Shown here: positions 43,230-50,148 of the stretch, piece by piece
How the letters are laid out: each line of letters opens with the position of its first letter
Numbering within the stretch: the stretch's first letter is position 1
Source: an uncultured Granulicatella sp.
Lineage (GTDB): Bacteria; Bacillota; Bacilli; Lactobacillales; Aerococcaceae
Direction of reading: 5' to 3'
Assembly (NCBI GenBank): GCA_963523795.1
Contig: CAURER010000006.1
Span: 218-64,217 of the forward strand
Length of the DNA: 64,000 nt
Notes under the pieces: generated by a model
The model's database searches: none
What the model was told of the DNA's origin: nothing
Seen by the model: the letters and a program-made list of their open reading frames with translations, nothing else
Position numbers and translations under genes: made by a program

Positions 43230-43244
43230 AATTTTCTGAAAATA
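43230..43244. promoter_or_regulatory. CodY-box candidate AATTTTCTGAAAATA
   Basis: 14/15 match to AATTTTCWGAAAATT. About 100 bp upstream of the OppA-like start. A second overlapping half-match AATTTTGAAAATTTT lies at 43221-43235. Confidence 0.55.
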
Positions 43245-43269
43245 AAAAAGGCTGCCCCTAAAGGCAACC
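43244..43269 (-). terminator. Intrinsic terminator after the FNT gene
   Basis: Minus-strand GGUUGCC-UUUAGG-GGCAGCC (one G-U pair) followed by U6. Confidence 0.75.
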
Positions 43270-43279
43270 CCGATTAATA

Positions 43280-44089
43280 TTATTCATGATAAATACTTTT
43301 TGTTTTATTTAAGAATGAGTACGCTAACCCAACGATAACTCCACCACCAATAGTGTTCCCAATGAAAACAACTACCCAGTGACGAATTAAGTTGAACCAG
43401 TTCATAAAGTCTAAAGTTGAAGAAACAGGCGCAAATTTAACAATTGAGAATGAAGCAAAGTTTGCTACCACGTGTTCTTCTCCTAAAAACACAAACATGA
43501 AAATTGCAGAAATAATAATCCACATTTTAGCTGTTTCATCTTTAATTAATAAGAATGCTAAAGTTGCTACGTTAACAAAGATATTCGCTAAAATACCTTC
43601 TAATAAAATTTGTCCATTTCCTCTTAATGCTTTTAATTGAACTAAACCAACAATAAAGTTCTGAGCATCAATTGAATGGAATGACCAACTATACGCAAAC
43701 GCTGCTCCAATAAGCATTGCACCGATTAAGTTGAAGAATCCACAATATAATAAAATCGCTACAGCTTTTCCTAATCGAATATTTTTTTGATAAACCCCTG
43801 CTGTTAAATACATCATATTAGATGTTGCTAATTCAGCATTTAAGAAAACGATATAAACTAATCCCCAAGTAAAAATAAATGCAAAGAAGAATCTACTTAA
43901 TGCTGGACTTAATCCAGCAATTACTTGTGCTGCCGCTGCTCCTGCTGCTGTACTCATTGTTAGAAAAGCTCCAGCAAACATTGAACGTAATGCATAACGT
44001 GCTTTACTTTCGTCAAATAATGCCTCTTTCTTCTGACAAGCCTTTTCTACTTTTTCTGAAAATTCATAACCTTGTGCCATATAGGTCAT
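43280..44089 (-). CDS. Formate/nitrite transporter (FNT) family channel
   Basis: 269 aa, 6 TM, FocA/NirC-like pattern. Start is either ATG 44089 or ATG 44080 (SD GGAGGAA is 2 or 11 nt away). Confidence 0.82.
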   Translation of the reverse strand: MTYMAQGYEFSEKVEKACQKKEALFDESKARYALRSMFAGAFLTMSTAAGAAAAQVIAGLSPALSRFFFAFIFTWGLVYIVFLNAELATSNMMYLTAGVYQKNIRLGKAVAILLYCGFFNLIGAMLIGAAFAYSWSFHSIDAQNFIVGLVQLKALRGNGQILLEGILANIFVNVATLAFLLIKDETAKMWIIISAIFMFVFLGEEHVVANFASFSIVKFAPVSSTLDFMNWFNLIRHWVVVFIGNTIGGGVIVGLAYSFLNKTKSIYHE

Positions 44090-44196
44090 TTCCTCCTTTT
44101 AATTATTATTCCCTATTAGAATGAAACAATCTTAGTATATCACTTTTTTCACAATGTGAGAAGATAAGATTTTATATTTTTATTCTACCTTCTAAG

Positions 44197-44222
44197 AAAC
44201 ACAAGTAAAAATGTCCCATGTA
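44197..44222 (+). repeat. 26-nt repeat, copy 1 (AAACACAAGTAAAAATGTCCCATGTA)
   Basis: Direct repeat with 44521-44546 (25/26 identical). The first 21 nt are identical to the reverse complement of 47458-47478. Confidence 0.9.
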
Positions 44223-44310
44223 TACCATGGAATAAAGCAAAAGGAGATGATATAATCATTAATGCTGAAGCCAAACCTTCCGCAAGTCTATGCGAAAGGA
44301 GGTGGAGCAA

Positions 44311-44403
44311 GTGCACTACATTTTCGACGTCTTACTTGCTATTGTGGCAGAAGTAACAGCACATTACATTTGCAAGTGGTTAGATAGCAAGGACAAAGGC
44401 TAA
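44311..44403 (+). CDS. Type I toxin, Fst/PepA1-like small hydrophobic peptide (30 aa)
   Basis: GTG start 6 nt after SD AGGAGGTG. Peptide is (M)HYIFDVLLAIVAEVTAHYICKWLDSKDKG: a hydrophobic helix followed by a W-L-D-x-K-D-K charged tail, as in Fst/PepA1. An in-frame ATG at 44290 would add 7 charged residues. Confidence 0.75.
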   Translation: MHYIFDVLLAIVAEVTAHYICKWLDSKDKG

Positions 44404-44420
44404 AGCTAACCCATCACCGA

Positions 44421-44488
44421 CAAAAAAGCCCCTAGGGAACTGACATTTCCTTAGGGGCTTCGGTGTGCTTGCGCACTACATTTTCGTA
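44421..44488 (-). ncRNA. Antitoxin RNA (RNA II-like) of the type I TA locus
   Basis: Minus-strand promoter TTGACA (comp. 44517-44522), 17 nt, TACAAT (comp. 44494-44499) with a TG extension. The 5' region CGAAAAUGUAGUGC (comp. 44473-44486) is complementary to the toxin start-codon region 44313-44326. Ends at the shared hairpin 44426-44460 plus U6. Confidence 0.7.
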
Positions 44489-44520
44489 AGGTCATTGTAT
44501 CATGTGAAAATTAGAGTGTC

Positions 44521-44546
44521 AAACACAAGTAAAAATATCCCATGTA
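44521..44546 (+). repeat. 26-nt repeat, copy 2 (AAACACAAGTAAAAATATCCCATGTA)
   Basis: One mismatch to copy 1. Overlaps the -35 of the RNA II promoter on the opposite strand. Confidence 0.9.
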
Positions 44547-44795
44547 ATGTTACAATAAATTCATTCTAATATTATGGAGGAGTATCTAAACATGAATGAA
44601 AACTTAAATACGAAGTCATTCTTTTTGTTACTCTTCCTTTTTCGGAATCATACTTCGTTAATATCCCATTATTCTTACAACGTGAGAAAATACGTTTTAG
44701 CATTTTTTACCCGTCTTCGATTGAAAATCACTTTACATTCTGACAAGCTTTCGCTATGATGGTATAGGTTTAAATAAACACCATAGGAGGATTTT

Positions 44796-45197
44796 ATGAA
44801 AAAATTATTAGCTTTAGCCTTATTAACATTATCTTTAGGAGCATGCGCACAACCAGCAACACCTACCAAACAATCAACTCAAGAAACAACAACTACCGCA
44901 AAAGTAGAACAAACGATTACAGTAAATGTTAAAAAAGATGGGGAACCAATTTCAGGTAGCCCATTTACCTTAACATTCAAAGATGGCGATAAATTGTTAA
45001 CTGTCATGAAAGAACAAATGCAAATCGTTGAAAAAGATGGATTCGTATCTGCAATTAACGGAATCGAACAAGAACCTGCGAACCAAAAATATTGGTTATT
45101 TGATGTCAACGGAGAAATGAGCCAAGTCGGAGCTAACCAAGTTGACTTAAAACAAGGCGACGTGATCGATTGGAAATTAGAAGCATTTAAACAATAA
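44796..45197 (+). CDS. DUF4430 domain lipoprotein
   Basis: 133 aa. Lipobox LSLGAC. C-terminal WLFDVNGEMSQVGANQVDLKQGDVIDW is typical of DUF4430, from memory. SD AGGAGGA. Confidence 0.7.
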   Translation: MKKLLALALLTLSLGACAQPATPTKQSTQETTTTAKVEQTITVNVKKDGEPISGSPFTLTFKDGDKLLTVMKEQMQIVEKDGFVSAINGIEQEPANQKYWLFDVNGEMSQVGANQVDLKQGDVIDWKLEAFKQ

Positions 45198-45736
45198 TGA
45201 AAAATACAGCTATTTTTTCAATCCGAAAAATCACACTGGTCGCATTACTATCAACCTTAGCATATATTGGTAGATTGCTATTTGCATGGATCCCAAATGT
45301 CCAACCAGTGACGGCTATTCTATTAATAATCACCCTCGAAATGGGATTGGTTGAAGGGATTCTAACGGCTAGTTTATCCATGATTTTGTCGAATATCTTT
45401 TTAGGCATGGGGCCTTGGACCTTGTATCAAATTGCAAGTTTTGCGATTGTCATTCTTGTATTCTCTTGTTTGAAACCTTTATGGAGACGGACTTGGAAAC
45501 ACCCCTTATTAAAATTAGCCTTTTTTACAATGATGGCTGGTTTGACGGGATATTTGTATGGATTTGTCATTTCAATCTTTTCTGTATATTTTTATCATAT
45601 CCCTAAATTTTGGGTATATTACTTACAAGGATTGCCGTTTGATACGTTACATGCTTTTGGAAATATTGGCTTTTGGATTATTTTATCTCCATTATTGCCA
45701 CGTATTATTCAAAAATATCAACATAAATTTCAATAA
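45197..45736 (+). CDS. ECF-transporter S-component-like membrane protein (substrate unknown)
   Basis: 179 aa, 5-6 TM. ATG overlaps the DUF4430 stop (TAATG). Confidence 0.6.
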   Translation: MKNTAIFSIRKITLVALLSTLAYIGRLLFAWIPNVQPVTAILLIITLEMGLVEGILTASLSMILSNIFLGMGPWTLYQIASFAIVILVFSCLKPLWRRTWKHPLLKLAFFTMMAGLTGYLYGFVISIFSVYFYHIPKFWVYYLQGLPFDTLHAFGNIGFWIILSPLLPRIIQKYQHKFQ

Positions 45737-45742
45737 ACCAAA

Positions 45743-45778
45743 AAGGAGATTGATATCGTTCAATCTCCTTCTTTTTTG
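45743..45778 (+). terminator. Intrinsic terminator
   Basis: AAGGAGATTGA (45743-45753) pairs with TCAATCTCCTT (45760-45770), then a T-run. Overlaps the 3' end of yidD on the other strand. Confidence 0.8.
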
Positions 45779-46059
45779 ATTTCTATTGGTTCACAACAAC
45801 TACAATTTCTCTTTTTCCGATAATCTTTGTGTCGTCTAAGTGTAAATTCATCCGGAACAGGATCTTGCCCCCCTAAAATAAACGGATGACATCTTAGAAT
45901 TCTTCCAATCCCCATCATTACACCTTTGATAACGCCATGTTTTTCAATTGCTTGAATCATATACGTTGAACAAGTTGGTCGATAAATACAAGTTGGTGGA
46001 AATAATGGTGAAATCCACCTTTGATACCCTCGTACTAAACCAATCATTATTTTTTTCAC
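45760..46059 (-). CDS. yidD: Membrane protein insertion efficiency factor YidD
   Basis: Start reset to GTG 46059 (SD AGAGGTG). [31 protein letters not shown] is the YidD signature. Has a basic, Cys-containing C-terminal extension. Confidence 0.85.
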   Translation of the reverse strand: MKKIMIGLVRGYQRWISPLFPPTCIYRPTCSTYMIQAIEKHGVIKGVMMGIGRILRCHPFILGGQDPVPDEFTLRRHKDYRKKRNCSCCEPIEIKKEGD

Positions 46060-46069
46060 TGAAACACCT

Positions 46070-46681
46070 CTACCCTTGAATCCATTTAAAGAGGACTTGT
46101 ACTCCTTCTGCTGCAATCAATGTATACACATAAAGAGTGACAGGTTTTGCTACTAAACAAATCGCTACGAATTTCTTAAACGTCATCTTCCCTAATCCTG
46201 CTACCATACATAAGAAATCATCAGGAAATCCTGGCAACACTAATGCCCAGAAGAAGAACCGTTCGAATTTCTTCCCATCATTTAAATAGCCAATATATTT
46301 ATCATAAGTTGCTTGAGAAACAAATGCTTGAACAACTGTCTCTCCATGCCTTCTTGCTAACCAAAAATTGATCATAGAGCCAATCATAATGCCAATAAAA
46401 TTATAAATAAACCCATACAAAGGTCCGAATACAAGATGCCCTACTACACAAGTTAAGCCACCTGGAATAATCGGATAAACGACTTGTACAATTTGAATGA
46501 AGATAAAGAATAGAACTCCATACATTCCCCAATTGCCGACCAACTGCTGGAATACTCCTCCAACTTCAAAATAATGATATTTCGCAATGATGTATCCTAA
46601 ATAAATCGTAAGGATAATCCCTGCTATCGTTAATAATTGGATAATTTTTCGATTTAATGCAATGGCACTTTGTTTATTCAT
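46070..46681 (-). CDS. TVP38/TMEM64 (VTT/DedA-like) family membrane protein
   Basis: 203 aa. [22 protein letters not shown] and [15 protein letters not shown] motifs. Confidence 0.8.
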   Translation of the reverse strand: MNKQSAIALNRKIIQLLTIAGIILTIYLGYIIAKYHYFEVGGVFQQLVGNWGMYGVLFFIFIQIVQVVYPIIPGGLTCVVGHLVFGPLYGFIYNFIGIMIGSMINFWLARRHGETVVQAFVSQATYDKYIGYLNDGKKFERFFFWALVLPGFPDDFLCMVAGLGKMTFKKFVAICLVAKPVTLYVYTLIAAEGVQVLFKWIQG

Positions 46682-46795
46682 AATTTCCTCCAGTAATCTT
46701 CTTCCGTATGAATTTTGATAAGACTACTTTAACAAATCAAATATGAAAAATCCTTGATTTTTTCTAACAAAAACGGTGATAACCTTACATTACTG

Positions 46796-47326
46796 TCACA
46801 ATGACTCCATCCAAGGTTTATGAATAGAGACATGATTCATTAATTCTTCTTGTCGTTTCAATTGTTCTAATCGAGCTAAACGTCGCTCTTCATAACCACT
46901 ACAAATAAATTTTTCTTCTGCAGTTTCTGGTTCGATCGCTGGAACTGCAAAATCTGTTTCCCCTTCACGAGGTAAAGCTACAAATGTCCAAAAACTAGTT
47001 GCCGCCAAATAACGTTCACCTGTTAAAACATCTTCTCCTACCACTTTACAAAAGACTTCCATACTTTTCTTTCCAACACCAGAAATATACGTTTCCACAC
47101 AAACAGAATGTCCTAATGGTAATGGTTTTAAGTAGTTCATCGCATCAACGGAAGCTGTCACTGCTAAACGACGACAATGACGAGATACTGTAATTGATGC
47201 ACAATCATCAATAATACGTGTTAAGTTCCCTCCAAATAATGTTTGATGCATATTCACATCAAATGGGAAAATTCTTCTAGATTGAATCGCACGTGTTTGT
47301 GCACATGTTTTGATTGTTGTATTCAT
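46796..47326 (-). CDS. Acyl-CoA thioesterase (hotdog fold, YciA/BFIT-like)
   Basis: Start reset to ATG 47326 (SD AGAGGAG). NMHQTLFGGNLTRIIDDCASI...VTASVDAMNYLKPLPLG. Confidence 0.82.
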   Translation of the reverse strand: MNTTIKTCAQTRAIQSRRIFPFDVNMHQTLFGGNLTRIIDDCASITVSRHCRRLAVTASVDAMNYLKPLPLGHSVCVETYISGVGKKSMEVFCKVVGEDVLTGERYLAATSFWTFVALPREGETDFAVPAIEPETAEEKFICSGYEERRLARLEQLKRQEELMNHVSIHKPWMESL

Positions 47327-47457
47327 ACTAACTCCTCTAATGTTCAATAACGTTATTGTACCATTCCTTTTCTTTTTTTCAAAAAGTATGGCTTTGAGAT
47401 AATAGTTCCTTTTTTTAATTTCTCATCACTCTACAAAATTAGAATAAATATTATTCG

Positions 47458-47478
47458 GGACATTTTTACTTGTGTTTA
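47458..47478 (-). repeat. Repeat copy 3, inverted (GGGACATTTTTACTTGTGTTT)
   Basis: Exact reverse complement of 44197-44217. Confidence 0.9.
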
Positions 47479-47543
47479 ATTAGGACATAATCACTTGGGT
47501 TGGCGAAGTTTGCAATTCATTTTGTTTTTGGTATAATGAAGAT

Positions 47544-47665
47544 ACAAAAAGAGCCAAGCTCCAACTCGACTCTGATGTAGACCGTTGAAAAGACGGTAGC
47601 TGAATTACGATATTATAAAATAACACCGCTAACTCTGCCAAAGTTATGAGCGGTATTATTTTTTC
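47544..47665 (+). ncRNA. Candidate orphan sRNA (approx. 120 nt), class unknown
   Basis: Promoter TTGCAA (47510-47515), 16 nt, TG-extended TATAAT (47532-47537). No ORF on either strand. ACCGU/ACGGU hairpin. Terminator ACCGCU/AGCGGU with flanking pairs (47619-47657) plus a T-run at 47658-47665. Confidence 0.5.
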
Positions 47666-47718
47666 GTTAGTAATTCTATTACTTTGACAATCATGGATTT
47701 TACAAGTACAATATAAAC

Positions 47719-47908
47719 AAATTAAAAATTACTTGTGGGCTAGTGGATATGGTCTGCACCCGCCTGTGGGCTCATCAATCAATTTAACTATTTGATGAGA
47801 AAAAAAATAACAGGACTGCCTACCCTTGAGGAATAGATAGGGCATATCTAGCGTGAGGTGAAACTCAATACGTGGAAGAGAAGGGTGCAGATGCGCCCTT
47901 CTTTTTTT
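47719..47908 (+). ncRNA. Structured approx. 190-nt RNA/leader ending in an intrinsic terminator, upstream of the orphan 211-aa ORF
   Basis: Promoter TTGACA (47684-47689), 17 nt, TACAAT (47707-47712). Hairpins at 47771-47778/47792-47799 and 47834-47839/47845-47850. Terminator stem 47880-47888/47893-47901 plus T7. UCUGCACCC (47753-47761) is exactly complementary to the 5' terminator arm GGGUGCAGA (47883-47891). Confidence 0.55.
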
Positions 47909-47929
47909 ATATTTTAGGAGAAGATTCAA

Positions 47930-48565
47930 ATGACATATACTTTGGAATGGATTAAAAATTTTAATGGAAATATCAATATTCATAACGTTAATATGTCTTG
48001 CTTAGCCAATGTGATTGAGACATATGTTTCACAGTACAAGTATGTTTATCTAACAAATATGATAGACTATCCTGAAATAATTCTCTCTGTTCCTAACTCG
48101 TCCATTCCTCATCTATTAGGATTATCAAGAGAACATCATGTGAATTTACCATCAAATAATGCAGGAAGCATTTTTGAAGGTTTAAAAGATGATTGGACAC
48201 TAGAACGTTTGCAAAAAGCGGATAATGGGTGGTTTAATGAAAACAAGTTCAAAATTATTGGAACTCTATTACTTTACCAAATGTTGCATTTAATCCAATG
48301 TAAATTCTACACAACAAATAATATTTTAAACAAAGAAGTTGGCAAACGATTTAGAAGAGATAATATTTATTTTGTAGTTTTCAAATTAAATAACGAGATA
48401 AGTTATACCGTTGAATTATCACGTGAGCAAGGAAATCTTTACTTCCCAAGAAGTCTTAAAATCAATGATAACTCTATCAAAAATTGTAAGGAAATAAAAT
48501 TACAACTCGTTGACAAGAAACGTTTCAAACCTACGAAAGCAAGAAAAGTTAACTGGTCTTCTTAA
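47930..48565 (+). CDS. Orphan basic 211-aa protein, no family recognised (candidate toxin/effector)
   Basis: SD AGGAG 9 nt before the ATG. AT-rich coding sequence. Lys/Arg-rich C-terminus. The SIPHLLGLSREHH segment faintly recalls phage BECR-fold nuclease (PBECR) motifs, an impression only. Confidence 0.6.
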   Translation: MTYTLEWIKNFNGNINIHNVNMSCLANVIETYVSQYKYVYLTNMIDYPEIILSVPNSSIPHLLGLSREHHVNLPSNNAGSIFEGLKDDWTLERLQKADNGWFNENKFKIIGTLLLYQMLHLIQCKFYTTNNILNKEVGKRFRRDNIYFVVFKLNNEISYTVELSREQGNLYFPRSLKINDNSIKNCKEIKLQLVDKKRFKPTKARKVNWSS

Positions 48566-48715
48566 AAAAATATTAGAAAAAAACTACTTCCATTTCTTCC
48601 ACATATTACATCTACCACTGACCAACACGCGGGTTATAAACGATCGAGTTATAACCTTTAGTCCTTCGCATAATTGCGGGGGATTTTTTTACAAACCACA
48701 ACAAATCCCTCACCA

Positions 48716-48744
48716 CAAAAAAGAGAGCAACTCTCGTTACTCTC
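48716..48744 (-). terminator. Intrinsic terminator after glmM
   Basis: Minus-strand GAGAGUAAC-GAGA-GUUGCUCUC (one G-U pair), then U6. Confidence 0.8.
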
Positions 48745-48762
48745 CCTTTCAAACTTCAATTC

Positions 48763-50118
48763 TTAATCTAATCCAATCTCTTGACGAACGACATCTGCGA
48801 TACGTGTTACATAATCATGACATAATTCATCTGTTGGTGCTTCTACCATGACACGTACTAATGGTTCCGTTCCACTTGGACGAACTAGAACACGACCATT
48901 TCCTGCCATTTCAGCTTCTACTGTGTCGATAATTTCTTTAATCGCTGGGACTTCCATTGCTCCGTTTTTATCGCTCACTCGAATATTCACTAATTCTTGA
49001 GGATAAGTTGGCACTTCGCTAGCTAATTCGCTTAATTTCTTACCTGTTTGTTTCATAACATTCATCAATTGAATTCCTGATAACAATCCATCACCTGTTG
49101 TATTTAAATCTAAGAATACAATATGTCCTGATTGTTCTCCACCGAAGTTATAGCCATTTTTACGCATTTCTTCTACAACATAGCGATCTCCTACCGCTGT
49201 TTGAAGAGCAATCATTCCTTCTTCTTCAACTGCTTTATGGAATCCTAAGTTACTCATAACTGTTGAAACAATGGTATCTTGGTTTAATTGACCTACACTG
49301 CGTAAATATTTTCCACAGATGAACATAATTTTATCGCCATCCACGATTTCACCATTTTCATCAACTGCAATACAGCGGTCTCCATCTCCATCAAAACTTA
49401 AACCTAAATCTGCGCCATTTTCTTTTACAAATTCCGCTAAAGCTTCTGGATGTGTTGAACCCACTCCATCATTAATATTTACACCATTTGGTTTATTTCC
49501 CATTGTGTAAAATTCTGTTTCTAAATCTGCAAATAAACGATTTAATACTGAAGCAGTTGCTCCATTTGCCCCATCTAATGCTACTTTCATATCTGTTAGA
49601 GGGCCATCAATTGTATGTTGCAAGAATTGACTATACTTCATAGTTCCTTCTAAATAAACATCTACTGTTCCTAATTCATCTGTTGAAGGACGTGGTAATG
49701 TATCTTCTGGACTATCTAATAAAGCTTCAATTTCTGCTTCGGTCTCATCAGATAATTTAAAACCATCTGATCCAAAGAATTTAATTCCGTTATCTTGTGC
49801 TGGATTATGAGATGCAGAAATCATAACCCCTGCTACTGCTCCTTGCACTCGTGTTAAATAAGAAACTCCTGGTGTTGGAATAACTCCTAATTGCATGACT
49901 TCAATTCCGACTGATAATAAACCTGCAATTAACGCATGCTCTAATAATTGTCCTGAAATACGAGTATCTCTTCCGACTAAAACACGGGGATGCTTATCTC
50001 CGCCTGCTTGTTGTAATAAGACATAGCCACCAAAACGTCCTAATTTAAATGCTAATTCTGGTGTTAATTCTGAATTTGCTACTCCTCTTACACCATCTGT
50101 TCCAAAATATTTGCCCAT
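48763..50118 (-). CDS. glmM: Phosphoglucosamine mutase
   Basis: Start reset to ATG 50118 (SD GGAGA). [15 protein letters not shown] start, and the active-site [16 protein letters not shown]. Confidence 0.95.
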   Translation of the reverse strand: MGKYFGTDGVRGVANSELTPELAFKLGRFGGYVLLQQAGGDKHPRVLVGRDTRISGQLLEHALIAGLLSVGIEVMQLGVIPTPGVSYLTRVQGAVAGVMISASHNPAQDNGIKFFGSDGFKLSDETEAEIEALLDSPEDTLPRPSTDELGTVDVYLEGTMKYSQFLQHTIDGPLTDMKVALDGANGATASVLNRLFADLETEFYTMGNKPNGVNINDGVGSTHPEALAEFVKENGADLGLSFDGDGDRCIAVDENGEIVDGDKIMFICGKYLRSVGQLNQDTIVSTVMSNLGFHKAVEEEGMIALQTAVGDRYVVEEMRKNGYNFGGEQSGHIVFLDLNTTGDGLLSGIQLMNVMKQTGKKLSELASEVPTYPQELVNIRVSDKNGAMEVPAIKEIIDTVEAEMAGNGRVLVRPSGTEPLVRVMVEAPTDELCHDYVTRIADVVRQEIGLD

Positions 50119-50148
50119 ATTCAATCTCCTTTAAAATTCTATCATTTT

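Noticed and set aside
44290-44403. Longer 37-codon version of the type I toxin starting at ATG 44290 (MRKEVEQV...).
   Set aside because: That ATG lies inside or upstream of the SD AGGAGGTG and has no SD of its own. The extension is charged and atypical for Fst-like peptides. GTG 44311 has ideal spacing. It is not excluded experimentally.
44557-44795. A cobalamin riboswitch was expected upstream of the DUF4430/ECF-S pair.
   Set aside because: No B12 box (AGYCMGGAGACCKGCC-like), no GCCACUG core, and the region is uniformly AT-rich.
44521-47478. Repeat copies 2 and 3 are in inverted orientation about 2.9 kb apart, which could suggest a composite mobile element.
   Set aside because: The enclosed genes (DUF4430/ECF-S, yidD, VTT protein, thioesterase) are ordinary chromosomal genes. 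No transposase or integrase is present and no target-site duplication is evident.
47741-47754. GUGGAUAUGG in the leader RNA matches the P2/L2 segment of purine riboswitches.
   Set aside because: The other invariant purine-riboswitch blocks (UAUAAU junction, GUUUCUACC, CCGUAAA, GACUAUG) are absent. The similarity is a single 10-mer.
47877-47905. The terminator/antiterminator region GAAGGGUGCAGAUGCGCCC was checked as a possible T-box.
   Set aside because: It does not match the T-box consensus (GGGUGGUACCGCG). No specifier-loop/Stem I features are present. The leader is too short, and the downstream gene is not amino-acid related.
47719-47908. Tandem direct repeats, as in toxI/cptI type III antitoxin arrays, or retron msr/msd.
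   Set aside because: Only an 8-nt UGUGGGCU duplication is present, with no periodic 30-45-nt repeats. No reverse transcriptase gene is adjacent. The type III analogy rests on architecture only.
47729-47983. 84-aa minus-strand ORF overlapping the leader RNA and the start of the 211-aa gene. Considered as a convergent toxin paired with the upstream sRNA, by analogy with the Fst locus.
   Set aside because: No SD and no hydrophobic toxin-like character. It runs antisense through a strong promoter/terminator unit on the other strand, so it is most likely a chance ORF.
48510-48851. 113-aa plus-strand ORF downstream of the orphan gene.
   Set aside because: It overlaps both the end of the 211-aa ORF and the end of glmM on the opposite strand, crosses the glmM terminator, and has no SD.
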